DNA of 62,839 nt, the filler included, from Octopus bimaculoides (taxonomy: Eukaryota): the NCBI RefSeq assembly GCF_001194135.2. It is 4 parts of 4 records of this genome, joined end to end, with 100 filler letters (N's around TTAATTAATTAA, not from the genome) between each part and the next. Parts side by side here need not be neighbours in the genome. Positions count along the whole stretch, not along the records: positions 21,131 to 43,276 come from NC_068988.1; positions 43,377 to 51,847 come from NC_068981.1; positions 51,948 to 62,839 come from NC_069004.1; 1 more part is not named here. One strand, written 5' to 3'. The notes under the pieces were generated by a model that did no database searches, was not told the DNA's origin, and saw nothing but the letters and a program-made list of their open reading frames with translations. This document shows, in pieces, positions 39,798-52,799 of this stretch (its first letter is position 1; every line of letters begins with the position of its first letter). Position numbers and translations under genes: made by a program.

Positions 39798-40192
39798 GGC
39801 GCAGGAGTGGCTGTGTGGTAAGTAGCTTGCTTACTAACCACATGGTTCCGAGTTCAGTCCCACTGCGTGGCACCTTGGGCAGGTGTCTTCCACTATAGCC
39901 TCGAGCCAACCAAAGCCTTTTGAGTGGATCTGGTAGACGGAAACTGAAAGAAGCCTGTCGAATATATGTGTGTGTGTGTATATATATATATATGTGTGTG
40001 TGTGTTTGTCCCCCCAACACCGCTTGACAACCGATGGTGGTGTGATTACGTCCCCGTTAGCTAGAGGTTCGGCAAAAGAGACTGACAGAATAAGTACTGG
40101 GCTTACAAAGAAGAAATCCTGGGGTCGATCTGCTCGACTAAAGGCGGTGCTCCAGCATGGCCGCAGTCAAACGACTGAAACAAGTAAAAGAG
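39798..40192 (+). mobile_element. tRNA-derived SINE family A, full length
   Basis: GGCGCAGGAGTGGCTGTGTGGTAAG...GAGTTCAGTCCC head; CACCTTGGGCAGGTGTC (CORE-like) segment; internal (TA/TG)n; tail ...GGGGTCGATCTGCTCGACTAAAGGCGGTGCTCCAGCATGGCCGCAGTC. Confidence 0.9.
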
Positions 40193-40239
40193 TAAGATGA
40201 ACAAGTAGATGTTTATAAAGTCGAAAGGAGTAACTGTGT

Positions 40240-41220
40240 GATAAAAATTTCGCGCCACAGACGCACGGCTCTGGGTTCAGTCCCACTGTGTGACATTAAG
40301 CAAGTGTCTTCTATTATAGCTTTGGGCTAACCAAAGGCATGTGGGTGAATTTGGTAGATGGAAACTGAAAGAAGCCCGACGCATATATATGCGCGCGCGG
40401 CCACCACCGCTTGACAACCGGTGTTGATGTGTTTACATTCCCGTAACTTAGCNNNNNNNNNNNNNNNNNNNNNNNNNNNNNNNNNNNNNNNNNNNNNNNN
40501 NNNNNNNNNNNNNNNNNNNNNNNNNNNNNNNNNNNNNNNNNNNNNNNNNNNNNNNNNNNNNNNNNNNNNNNNNNNNNNNNNNNNNNNNNNNNNNNNNNNN
40601 NNNNNNNNNNNNNNNNNNNNNNNNNNNNNNNNNNNNNNNNNNNNNNNNNNNNNNNNNNNNNNNNNNNNNNNNNNNNNNNNNNNNNNNNNNNNNNNNNNNN
40701 NNNNNNNNNNNNNNNNNNNNNNNNNNNNNNNNNNNNNNNNNNNNNNNNNNNNNNNNNNNNNNNNNNNNNNNNNNNNNNNNNNNNNNNNNNNNNNNNNNNN
40801 NNNNNNNNNGTGGCTGTGTTGGTAAGAAGCTTGCTTCCCAACCACATGGTTCCAGGTTCACTCCCACTGCGTGGCATCTTGGGCAAGTGTTTTCTACTAT
40901 AGCCTCGAGTCGACCAAAGCCTTGTGAGTGGATTTGATAGATGGAAACTGAAAGAAGCTTGTCATGCATATATATATGTGTGTGTGTATAGATAGATAGA
41001 TAGATAGATAGATAGAGAGATGGGGAGCTGTCCCTACCATCGATTGACAACCGCTGTTGGTGCGTTTTCGTTCCAGTAACTTGGCGATTCAGCGAAAAGA
41101 GACCGATAGTACAAGTAATAGGCTTTTAAAAAAAAATCAGTCCTGAGTTGGATTTATTCGACCAAAACCTTCAAGGCTGTGCCCCAGCATGGCCGCAGTC
41201 AAATGACTGATTACAAGATA
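40240..41220 (+). mobile_element. Two further tandem family A copies (40240-40452 and 40810-41220) separated by a gap
   Basis: Both match the 39798 copy, giving three consecutive same-strand copies. Confidence 0.85.
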
Positions 41221-43034
41221 AACGATATACTCTGAATTAGACGATGAGAAAAGAAGCCGTCGGAGAATGGATATCTGGGCAAGAGGCATTTAGCAAACAA
41301 GTGTTTTTTGAATCATAACAAATAAGAAAGTTAGCGTAGAATAGAATCAACATTTCATCGAGATGGCCAACAACCTGAATAGCTTACATATAAACACACG
41401 CACGCACCCCAGACTCTCTCTCTCTCTCTCTCTCTTACATATATACACCCGTTATCTCTTTTTTACTTCTGTTTATATCATCACCTGTTACCGCCACCAC
41501 CCCCGCTCCCACCATCATCACCATTTCGTAAACGTGTATCTTTCTTCATCACACGCAACTCTTATCTCTACGTCTCCCGTTATCCCTCTCTCAGTGTCCA
41601 GCTCGCCTACACCTCTCACTCCCACTCACTGTTTATCGCATGACCCTCCCCTTCCCTTTGCTGATTTACGTCAAACTTGAGAAAATGTTTTAGATAGTTT
41701 TCAAATCCCATCCCCCCCACCCCACAATCTACTCTTTANNNNNNNNNNNNNNNNNNNNNNNNNNNNNNNNNNNNNNNNNNNNNNNNNNNNNNNNNNNNNN
41801 NNNNNNNNNNNNNNNNNNNNNNNNNNNNNNNNNNNNNNNNNNNNNNNNNNNNNNNNNNNNNNNNNNNNNNNNNNNNNNNNNNNNNNNNNNNNNNNNNNNN
41901 NNNNNNNNNNNNNNNNNNNNNNNNNNNNNNNNNNNNNNNNNNNNNNNNNNNNNNNNNNNNNNNNNNNNNNNNNNNNNNNNNNNNNNNNNNNNNNNNNNNN
42001 NNNNNNNNNNNNNNNNNNNNNNNNNNNNNNNNNNNNNNNNNNNNNNNNNNNNNNNNNNNNNNNNNNNNNNNNNNNNNNNNNNNNNNNNNNNNNNNNNNNN
42101 NNNNNNNNNNNNNNNNNNNNNNNNNNNNNNNNNNNNNNNNNNNNNNNNNNNNNNNNNNNNNNNNNNNNNNNNNNNNNNNNNNNNNNNNNNNNNNNNNNNN
42201 NNNNNNNNNNNNNNNNNNNNNNNNNNNNNNNNNNNNNNNNNNNNNNNNNNNNNNNNNNNNNNNNNNNNNNNNNNNNNNNNNNNNNNNNNNNNNNNNNNNN
42301 NNNNNNNNNNNNNNNNNNNNNNNNNNNNNNNNNNNNNNNNNNNNNNNNNNNNNNNNNNNNNNNNNNNNNNNNNNNNNNNNNNNNNNNNNNNNNNNNNNNN
42401 NNNNNNNNNNNNNNNNNNNNNNNNNNNNNNNNNNNNNNNNNNNNNNNNNNNNNNNNNNNNNNNNNNNNNNNNNNNNNNNNNNNNNNNNNNNNNNNNNNNN
42501 NNNNNNNNNNNNNNNNNNNNNNNNNNNNNNNNNNNNNNNNNNNNNNNNNNNNNNNNNNNNNNNNNNNNNNNNNNNNNNNNNNNNNNNNNNNNNNNNNNNN
42601 NNNNNNNNNNNNNNNNNNNNNNNNNNNNNNNNNNNNNNNNNNNNNNNNNNNNNNNNNNNNNNNNNNNNNNNNNNNNNNNNNNNNNNNNNNNNNNNNTCCT
42701 GGTCGAGCCTCCACTTCTTCGCAATGAGAGGTCGTCGTTGCGATACTGCGGACATTTGATTAGAATGTTGCGGGGGGGGGGGAATCGCAAGACAGATTCT
42801 TTCACACGAGCCATTCAGCAGGAAACCTATGAGTAGACCAAGAATGAGATGGTTGGATAACATCCATAGTCTAAGTTGGTCATGCTTGGGAATCCACCCA
42901 GAATTTGTAACGGCAGTTGCTTCATATAATACCCTACACAGTAGACGCCTGAAGACTCAAACCCCCACTCCATGACCTACCAAGGAATAGTGTGCAGAAA
43001 TTATGGATAGACTGATTGATGGATATAAGTTTGT

Positions 43035-43276
43035 GTTGTTGTTGGCACTCCGTCGCTTACGACGTCGAGGGTTCCAGTTGATCCGATCAACGGAACAGCC
43101 TGCTCGTGAAATTAACGTGCAAGTGGCTGAGCACTCCACAGACACGTGTACCCTTAACATAGTTCTCGGAGATATTCAGCATGACACAGTGTGACAAGGC
43201 TGACCCTTTGAATTACTGGCACAACAGAAACAGGAAGTAAGAATGAGAGAAAGTTGTGGTGAGAGAGTATAGCAGG
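43035..43276 (-). mobile_element. SINE family C, 3' part (cut by a gap)
   Basis: Near-identical to 8429-8640 and 52480-52710. Confidence 0.9.
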
Positions 43277-44243
43277 NNNNNNNNNNNNNNNNNNNNNNNN
43301 NNNNNNNNNNNNNNNNNNNNTTAATTAATTAANNNNNNNNNNNNNNNNNNNNNNNNNNNNNNNNNNNNNNNNNNNNTATATATATATATATATATATGGA
43401 TGTATGTATCTATGTATATATATATACTGAACTGTTAAATACGATGCTAAAGTAGAAAATGAAATGTTACTAATTGTACAGCTATACGACTACCAAGAGT
43501 TTAAAATCTACATCATGAATCGGTACGCTGGTAGAGCTTACCTCAGTAATTTTGATGCAGTTTTAACCCACTTAAATTAAATGATAAATGGGAGCCAGTC
43601 TGCTATACTAAAGTGCATTCAAGAGAACGTTACCCTCGATCATGGGATGGAAATTTATCTAGACTCCCGACCTGCTAAATGACATCATGCGATTATCTTT
43701 CAAAGTATAGTCTACCGTCATTAGAAAAAAAAAAAAAGAGGCTAATGTAGATTAATGCTGCTTTTTATTATCGCGTAGTCAAATGGAAAGGCAGTTCCCA
43801 CGATAATTTTCAGCGTCTTTGAGAGGGATTAGAGGAATGAATTGAGGTATCTTCATACTGGACGCTTAAACTGCATGCTCGAAATAGACTGGATTCCGTT
43901 AAAGGCATCCAAAGTGACAAATGGTGATGTTAAACCAGGAGATGGATTAAGTTAATCACTGAAGTGTGCTATGGTAAGATGTGAACTCGGAATGCAAAGT
44001 GTGTGAGCAAATTTTGCAAGGAAACTCATTTGCCTCTCTGACTATTTCAAGACAAAGTACTAAATTTATTGATACCGTAAAGAGGAATGGCTGAATTTGA
44101 CTTCAGCGGGATTTGAACAGAGATCGCAAGATGTGATGTGTACCACGTGATAGTTGGTCGTGTGTGCTGCAGTGATAGAATAAAACAAAATTTAAAGAAT
44201 AACTTGTTCACGATTGAACTGTCTTCGATTATAAAGGTTCTTC

Positions 44244-44592
44244 AGGCGGTGAGTTGGCAGAATCGTTAGCACGCCGGGCGAAATGCTTAGCAGTATTTCG
44301 TCTGTCTTTATGTTCTGAGTTCAAATTCCGCAAAGGTCGACTTTGTCTTTCATCCTTTTAAAAAAGCCCCTTGTGGGCAGTAAAGAAATAAGAATCGTTA
44401 GCATGCTGGACAAAATGCACAGCTGTAATTTCGCCCGTCGCTACGTTCTCAGTTCAAATTCCGCCGAGGTTGACTTTGCCTCTCATCCTTTCGGGGTCGA
44501 TAAATTAAGTACCAATAAAACACTGGGTTGATATGATTTACTAGCCCCTCCCCTCAAATTTCAGGCCTTGTGCCTTTAATAGAAAAGATTAT
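44244..44592 (+). mobile_element. SINE family B head-to-tail dimer (beta end joined to a 5'-clipped alpha copy)
   Basis: ...GCCCCTTGTGGGCAGTAAAGAAATAAG|AATCGTTAGCA... restarts inside the family B head. Confidence 0.85.
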
Positions 44593-45041
44593 AAAAGTGC
44601 TTCGTCACGGTTACTCTACGAGTAACAGTCAAGCTACATCCATTGTACATCAATAATATATATAATTCTTTTAATACAAAGAGAAGCCTTCAAACATTTA
44701 TTTATCATCTATATGCGTCTCTTCTCCACTTTTATACAGTATATCTGTGTGCTTCGGCCATTTTTACACTGTGTACATATGTGAATTATCTGTCCTTAAA
44801 GTCTATATATATGTGTGTGTGATCTGTCTGGCTCTATACTGTGAAAATATAATTCTTTCTCTATCTTTATATCAAATACATCTATGTAAATGTGTGATAT
44901 GTCTGTTACTGTATATATGTGTATATATGTGCTTTATTTGTCTTTAAACTGTATATTTGTGAGCTCACTTTGTCTTTATACTGTATATGTGTGTTCTCAC
45001 CGTCTTTGTACACTGTATCTGCCTGCTCTCTCCGACTTCAC

Positions 45042-45077
<36 letters not shown>

Positions 45078-45200
45078 CGTGTGTGTGTGTGTGTGTGCGT
45101 GCGTGCGTGTGAGTGTGTGCTATGCCTGCTTTTAAATTATGTATATGTGCGCTTTAGCCGTCTTTGTACTCTAACTGAAAGTTGTTTTTATACATCTGTG

Positions 45201-45232
<32 letters not shown>

Positions 45233-47708
45233 CTCTCTCTCTCTTTATACCTGGTCTATGTAATCTCTCTTTCTCTTTCTCTCTCTTCTTCTCTGTTTCT
45301 GTCTCACTCTATATTTCTCTCTCTTTTTCTCCCTCCCTCTCCCTCTCTCTCGCTCTCTCTTTATACTTTATATACGTGGTTTCTGTCTGTCTTTATATGT
45401 TTATTCTATTAGTCTTTCTACTGTGTACATTATTACTCTCTATGAATAAACTGTGTCTATGAATATGTACCCTGTCCTAACGCATTGTATATCAGAACTC
45501 TCTCCACTAATCTGTGGTTTACGAATTAATTTTCATTAGACTTGCTGCATCACACTTCTGTTTAAACGAAATTGTTTATCCCACAACAGGATCAGTGATT
45601 GTAAAACAATCCTTTAACTTAAACCATGACTTGAAAGAATTTTGAATATGCATGTACTCCCAAATAAACATTAACGAAAATGTTTAAATTCCTGGAGAGC
45701 CTAAACATTCCCTCCTTTTTTCTTAATACATTTAGTCTGCCCTTGATCTCTACCACTATTCCATTTGTCAAAACTCACATACGCTGTTTCCCTTTCATTC
45801 CAATATGAGGTTTCTAATTCTTATGACTCATAGGTTCTAAAGCTGTTGATATGACGACATCGTGAATGGGAATGGATAATGTCCATTCTCTTTTAGGACA
45901 GCTACCTAATTTTTATGATTCCATCCCTTTTTTTCATCTGTTTAGATAGGGAGGAAAAGCAACGCCTACAACCCTTTCCAGTGTTCCCCGAGATTCATAA
46001 GAGGAAGAAAGATAGGTGTACACAAACCAAAAATACAGCAGGAATGCTTGGAACAGAGTGATATCTGCTAAAGAAACATGAAGAGTTGAAAGTCGAACTT
46101 TGCTTCGGCACGATTTGAAATCTGAGAGCAGTAAAATGGAATATATACAACGCAAGTCATTCTGCCAATGACCAAATGACCAAATGACCCTGCCAATTCG
46201 CACGCTAAACACATTGGCTTTTAAAACTTTTAGTATTCCTAGTTCTTTACTTTGTTTTAGTTATCAGAGCTAAGGCCATACTGTAGCAATGCCTTATTAC
46301 CATAGCCATTTTGAAATTATGATTTAGTTCAGGAAATATAAAAACAGTTGAAATAACATTTAGAAATTATAGAAAGAATAATGTTTATAACAATCTAAAT
46401 TCTATTCTATCTTCAGACAGTAGACATAAGCTATTTGATACGTTATCTTAAATTGAAGAAATAACGCCAATTTTCTGTCACTATATTCCACGTAACAATA
46501 TCATCTAACAGTTTCATTTATATCTGCAATATTTATTTCTGTAATGCATTTCACCAGTTCTACAGAATTTCAACATTTGACCTTACTCTCTCCGAAACAT
46601 TATGATAGTTTAATAAATTGCTATACTTACAATATAGCCAGTCTACTTATTTTTAAAGTATGCAATTCCTCAAAGTAGGTATATTTACAAGTTAAAATCA
46701 CTTTAATTTTCCAAGGTATGGGCGCAGTATGCCACTACTGAAATAATGCTACTGATCGATCCTAACCATTATCGAAGCAACCGAGAAATTGTTTTGATTC
46801 ATTAGTTCTGAACCCTGACACGACCATTGTATGACATTAGAATTTAAAACTTGTTCAATTGTTGATTCCTATCTATGAAACAAGAATTATTTCCGTATAT
46901 AATAATGTAACCACACAGTTTCAATGAAATTATCAGTAATATGGGGAAAACTGACATGGCAACAGTTTCACAGATATCAACAATTTAATCACATACTGTT
47001 TAGTATATACTTGGCAGAAGTTAACTACAAAGTTGTGTGCTTAAATTTTATTACTTTTCCGAGTTCAAATTTCAGTGAGAGCAATTTCATCATTTATTTT
47101 TAATCACACGCATTAGATTAAATCATTCCCACTAAAAGCACATTTGACATTTTTTTTTAATTCCTTGCAACGAATAAATCCAGCGCTTTTTACCGTTATA
47201 CATATACGATTTTTGATAGGAAATAACGAAGGATGTGGATAGTCAATAACTTTTAGGATGAGGTAAAAACATAGCTGACCGCCTAAACTTTTTTCGGCAA
47301 AATAGGGGTAGCCTATCCTGTTCAGGCTATAGTATTAGCATTATCCTGCGTTTGAGAATTTAAAATCACTTCTGTAACTTTCTAAGACATCTCAACGCTT
47401 TTAAAAGCAAACTTCGTTTGTTTGTTTACGTTCATCGTAATTTGAATTTAATATAATTGAGAAATTTTCCAATAGGAAAGGAGGAGGCTTCAATGTTTGC
47501 CGCATCATATTCTCGCCTTATAGAACCAATTTATTTTCCCCTATTTATTTGTTGCTCCCTGTTTTTTTCTACGCAGGTTTTCGTATTTTCCCCTATTTCT
47601 TCCATACAGGTTTCCTTTATAAACATCTACAGCCGGTATTAGTGGGCAAGGCCAACTTCAAGAAGTTAAATTCACGAGCAAAGGCATGGTCTAGGTGTTA
47701 ATAATTTG

Positions 47709-47943
47709 GTGATCTTTCGTCTTGAGTATATTTTACGTCATTTCTAATCCACGTGCGTTTGTTTATGTTTCTGAACAAGATCGTCGCTTTCTGTAAAAAT
47801 GTTTTGAGGTTAGGGTTAGGGAATTCCGTCCCTAACCCTAACCGTCATCCTAACCCTAACCCTAACCCTAACCCCTTTTACGGAAACAAACAAACGCACG
47901 TGGATTAAAAATGACGTAAAATGTACTCAAAACGAAAGATCAC
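47709..47943. mobile_element. MITE-like inverted repeat (~62-bp arms) enclosing telomeric hexamers
   Basis: Arms 47709-47771 and 47883-47943. GGTTAGGGTTAGGG 47808-21 faces CCCTAACCCTAACC 47830-43, and (CCCTAA)n follows at 47849-74. Confidence 0.8.
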
Positions 47944-48660
47944 TAATAATTTTGTTACTAGATGGTTTTGATTTTGAACTCACAGCATGAAAGTCTTAGC
48001 GAGTATTTCCCACGATAGCCTCAGATTGACGAAAATTTGTAACAGGATTAGGATTGACGAGAACTGTTTGGAAGCCAATCTGAGGAAACACAGTTGATCG
48101 TGGTCAAAAGACATTAAACCGTATATCCATTTAAGACTACCACCTGGCATCTTTGATGCATTTAGCGGAGTCCACTCTGTTTCAAGTATTCTGACCAATA
48201 TGAGGAAAACTTTATGGCGACTACCTAGGAAACTGGGAGACAATCTTAACAAATTTAGAACTAAATTCACAGGACATTCAGCTTCTCGCGGAGATATAAT
48301 CTGATATTTGCTTCTAAAAAACGTGGCATATTTCACTTTAATTGATTTTTATAAACGAAGTTTTGTCGTCTCATACCTTTTTTGATCACTTGATGAGAAG
48401 GATAAAATTTCTGGAGAATTTCGGCTACCATAATTTGAAAAATTAAAACTGTAATCTATGAGAGATAACTTAAGTGTGAAAATGACATGACTTAAACAAA
48501 AAAAAAAAAAAAAAATTCAAAATGGATAGTAATTTTTTTCTGAGTAGGAGAAAATCATAAAAAGATAGTGGCAGTGGTTTGCGGCTGTAAAGAAGAGGGG
48601 AGGTAATTTAAGAACTGTTATTTCGAGTCGATTAATGTTACATATCGCTTCCTAATCCTG

Positions 48661-48879
48661 TTACTTTTTTACTTGTTTCTGTTATTTGACAGCAACCATG
48701 CGGGAGCACCGCCTTTAGTCAAACAAATCGACCCCAGGACTTATTCTTTGTAAGCCTAGTACTTATTCTATCGGTCTCTTTTTCTCGAACCGCTAGGTTA
48801 CAGGGACCTAAACACACCAGTATCTGTTGTTAAGCGATGTCGGGGTGACAAACACAGACACACAAACATATACACATAT

Positions 48880-48922
<43 letters not shown>

Positions 48923-49083
48923 TATGACGGGCTTCTTTCAGTTTCCGTCTACCAAATCCACTCACAAGGCTTTGGTCGGCCCAAGGCTATAGTAGAAGAC
49001 ACTTACCCAAGGTGCCACGCAGTGGGACTGAACCCGGAACCATGTGGTTGATAAGCAAGCTACTTACCACACTGCCACTCCTG
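48661..49083 (-). mobile_element. SINE family A, full length
   Basis: Reverse complement of the 39798 copy with a longer internal microsatellite. Confidence 0.9.
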
Positions 49084-49304
49084 TGCAATAATTCTAGGCT
49101 TGACTGCTTAAATATTTGGGAACAAACCCCCAAAAGAACATGTATCTCGGAAACCCGTTGTCCGATTTACACGAAACTTGTTTTATTCCGTTTGCATTCA
49201 CATTTCAGGAGTCGTTTATTTTCAGAGTATTTTCACATTATGCACCGGTTTGGCTGTATTAAATGACAGACAAGCAAGAGTTTTAGTGGTATATACATAT
49301 GTGG

Positions 49305-49365
49305 TTTGTGCCTGATGAATATGTTTCAGGTAGTTCTCAACATGCGAGACTATTAGTAACACATA
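49305..49365 (+). ncRNA. Degenerate type I hammerhead motif
   Basis: CUGAUGA 49312-18. Stem II (A)UAUGUU/AACAUG(C). GAGA in place of GAAA at 49346-49. Stem III ACUA-U-UAGU. Triplet GUA 49356-58. Stem I UGUG/CACA behind one C-A mismatch. About 3 substitutions from a canonical core. Confidence 0.5.
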
Positions 49366-49461
49366 AAAACATGCATTGTGTCTATTCAATGATGTTTATC
49401 TCTCACTAGATGAATACTTATTTGTTGATTTCACCACCACGGAATAGTACACACACATACA

Positions 49462-49548
<87 letters not shown>

Positions 49549-50829
49549 CCAAACATACGAATTTATATTTGATCAGGTGATTTGAATATAAGTGTAAAAT
49601 CACAGGATACATGGATACATTTACTGAAAATGAGTTCAATAGATGAATAGATAAATAGGGTTTGAATATTTTATTTGATAGAAATACAAGGTAACAGGGA
49701 CTCCGATGATTCGTTGGCAACAGCTCGTCAAACTGCAAAGAATAAAGGCCGTTATAATTTCTAAATATAAAATTTTAGAGAGAAAACTCGGTAAAAAATT
49801 ATAGTTTGCTTCCCTTCGTGATAAACTCCGGCCATACTCCAAAGTTCCTAATTTATACATCTTTCAAATCATTACTTTTGACTATGTAACGAAGCGTCGC
49901 TAGTGAAATTTGTAATTCTCAGACGCTCATTATTTCTGCTACACGGTTACAGACACACGCACACACACATACACACACAGACAGGCACACAAACACAGAC
50001 AGACAGACACACACACACACTCACACACGTTTACATCTCTCTCTTTCTCTCCCACTATATATATGTATATGTATATATATATAAATATATATATAAAATA
50101 TATATGTATATGTATATATATAAATATATAAATATATNNNNNNNNNNNNNNNNNNNNNNNNNNNNNNNNNNNNNNNNNNNNNNNNNNNNNNNNNNNNNNN
50201 NNNNNNNNNNNNNNNNNNNNNNNNNNNNNNNNNNNNNNNNNNNNNNNNNNNNNNNNNNNNNNNNNNNNNNNNNNNNNNNNNNNNNNNNNNNNNNNNNNNN
50301 NNNNNNNNNNNNNNNNNNNNNNNNNNNNNNNNNNNNNNNNNNNNNNNNNNNNNNNNNNNNNNNNNNNNNNNNNNNNNNNNNNNNNNNNNNNNNNNNNNNN
50401 NNNNNNNNNNNNNNNNNNNNNNNNNNNNNNNNNNNNNNNNNNNNNNNNNNNNNNNNNNNNNNNNNNNNNNNNNNNNNNNNNNNNNNNNNNNNNNNNNNNN
50501 NNNNNNNNNNNNNNNNNNNNNNNNNNNNNNNNNNNNNNNNNNNNNNNNNNNNNNNNNNNNNNNNNNNNNNNNNNNNNNNNNNNNNNNNNNNNNNNNNNNN
50601 NNNNNNNNNNNNNNNTGTCGTACTTTCTATAAACGCTAGAAATGTGGTCATACCGAATTACAACTGATCTATGTTAAATGGTCTGTGGCGGACAAATACG
50701 AATATTTCTGGTGCCACGAATTATCCCTTGATTTATATACCAATATTTGTTTTCTTTTCTCATTCTTTCTTCCCCTTCTCCTTTTTCTTCTCCTTTCCCC
50801 AATTTCTCCTCTTTCTTCTCCATTATCAT

Positions 50830-50873
<44 letters not shown>

Positions 50874-50875
50874 CA

Positions 50876-50906
<31 letters not shown>

Positions 50907-50911
50907 CATCA

Positions 50912-50961
<50 letters not shown>

Positions 50962-51361
50962 GCCGCTGTGGTTGATGTCCTTGTCCGACGTCGGCGTCGT
51001 TAACATCATCATCATCAGCATCAGCATCATCGTCATCGTCATCGTCGTCGTCGTCGTCATCGTCTCATCGCCATCCTCATTAGACTGGTGGATTGGTAGA
51101 ATCGCTGGAGTATGGACAAAATATCTTGCTCTATTTGTTCCGGCTCATTACGTTTTGAGTTCAGATCTTACCGAGGTCATCTTTCTCATCCATCTGCGCA
51201 GGGTCGATAAATTAATATGCAAGTCAAGTACTGGGGTCGATCTAATACACTAATCCCACTAAATCCTACTGAAATACCTAGCATTTTTTCTATATGAAAA
51301 ATTCACTATTATTATTATTATTATTATTTTATGTTTGACTTTTGCTTTGCANNNNNNNNNN

Positions 51362-51404
<43 letters not shown>

Positions 51405-51409
<5 letters not shown>

Positions 51410-51528
51410 TAGTTTTATTTTTATAGCGTGCTTTCCTTCATTACCGAGTGCAGCTTGGTGTGCCTTGGGTATGTGCTGTGGTTTCTTGTGATGGTCTTAT
51501 GGTTACTGTATTGAAAGTATTTTGCGTA
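51405..51528 (-). mobile_element. Short 3' end of R4/Dong-like element (subfamily 1)
   Basis: Same 3'UTR and last codons as the 13347 and 16497 copies; flanked by (TAA)n on both sides. Confidence 0.8.
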
Positions 51529-51545
51529 TAATTATTATTATTATT

Positions 51546-51847
51546 ATTTTATGTTTGACTTTTGCTTTGCATTTGTACAAGTTGGATCCAAGTCTCACCC
51601 AGAGACCTCAAGAGACAACAAGTTAGAAGTTCATGTAGGTGTTATGCTTAGGGTACCATATATTTGGATTTGTACAGTGTTGTTCTAGATAATGTTTTAA
51701 AATTTGAGATCACATAGATAGTATTTTACGTAGGATATGGGCAGTTCTCATGAGCACTATCTTTTGAACTTCAGCTATTTTGGGGTTTCCTGGTATCTGA
51801 GCTTGGTAGTAATCAGCCCGTTTCGCTGTCATTCCCAGGGTACCTAT
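51546..51847 (-). mobile_element. 3' end of a second R4/Dong-like subfamily
   Basis: IGTLGMTAKRADYYQAQIPGNPKIAEVQKIVLMRTAHILRKILSM* (51847-51710), homologous to the subfamily 1 C-terminus. It has a different 3'UTR ending in (TAA)n and is cut by an N-gap. Confidence 0.8.
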
Positions 51848-52479
51848 NNNNNNNNNNNNNNNNNNNNNNNNNNNNNNNNNNNNNNNNNNNNTTAATTAAT
51901 TAANNNNNNNNNNNNNNNNNNNNNNNNNNNNNNNNNNNNNNNNNNNNATAAATCCTTGTGCCTGCATGTCTGCGTGTCTGCGTGTCTGTGTGTGCGTGTC
52001 TGTGTGTGTGTGTGTGTGTGTGTCTGAGTGTGGGTGTGTTTGCGTGTGTGCATGGTAGTAAAGCATGGAGAAAAGAATGCAAGGAAAAGAAAGAAAGAAA
52101 GAAAGAAATAAAGAAAAAAAGAAGGAAAAAAGAAAGAAAGAAAGAAAGGAGGGTATAACATGAAATAAAAATAAAACCATTTTTGTACAGGGTATAAATA
52201 CTTACACGTCTCATATCTGCCGTGTATATATATTTTATATTTAATTACACCTGGAAGTGAGCCGTGCATATAGTTAATATTTAATTATACCCGAGTTTGA
52301 GAGACACATCATACATACCAAGAGATAACATCGCTATACAAGAGATTTCTGCTCTGTTTTTCTTTCGTTTTCTTTTATTTGTACGAAGTAATCTTTTGTT
52401 TAAAATTGCTTCAGGGCTATTAACCGAGGCTGCATGTGTTGATAATTATTCTTGGTGCATACAAAGACATTTCGAAAAT

Positions 52480-52799
52480 TGTTGGCATTCTGTCGCTTAC
52501 GACGTTGAGGGTTCCAGTTGATCCGATCAACGGAACAGCCTGCTCGTGAAATTAACGTGCAAGTGGCTGAGCACTCCACAGACACGTGTACCCTTAACGT
52601 AGTTCTCGGGGTTGTTCAGCGTGATGCAGCGTGACAAGGCTGACCCTTTGAATTACAGGCACAACAGAAACAGGAAGTAAGAGTGAGAGAAAGTTGTGGT
52701 GGAAGAGTACAGCAGGGTTCGCCACCATCCCCTGCCGAAGCCTCGTGGAGCTTCAGGTGTTTTCGCTCAATAAACACTCACAACGCCCGGTCTGGGAAT
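52480..52799 (-). mobile_element. SINE family C (head lost in a gap)
   Basis: Near-identical to the other family C copies. Confidence 0.9.

Noticed and set aside
39798-39870. tRNA genes
   Set aside because: The tRNA-like segments are SINE heads continuing into repeat bodies; I saw no canonical standalone cloverleaf.
47980-48336. 118-aa minus ORF and a death-domain-like GNWETILTNLELNSQDIQ on the plus strand
   Set aside because: The resemblance is short, needs a frameshift and has no splice support; it cannot be claimed without an HMM search.
51307-51351. Duplicate of the Dong subfamily 2 3' end (also at ~51531-51571)
   Set aside because: It abuts a 10-N gap and is probably a local assembly duplication.
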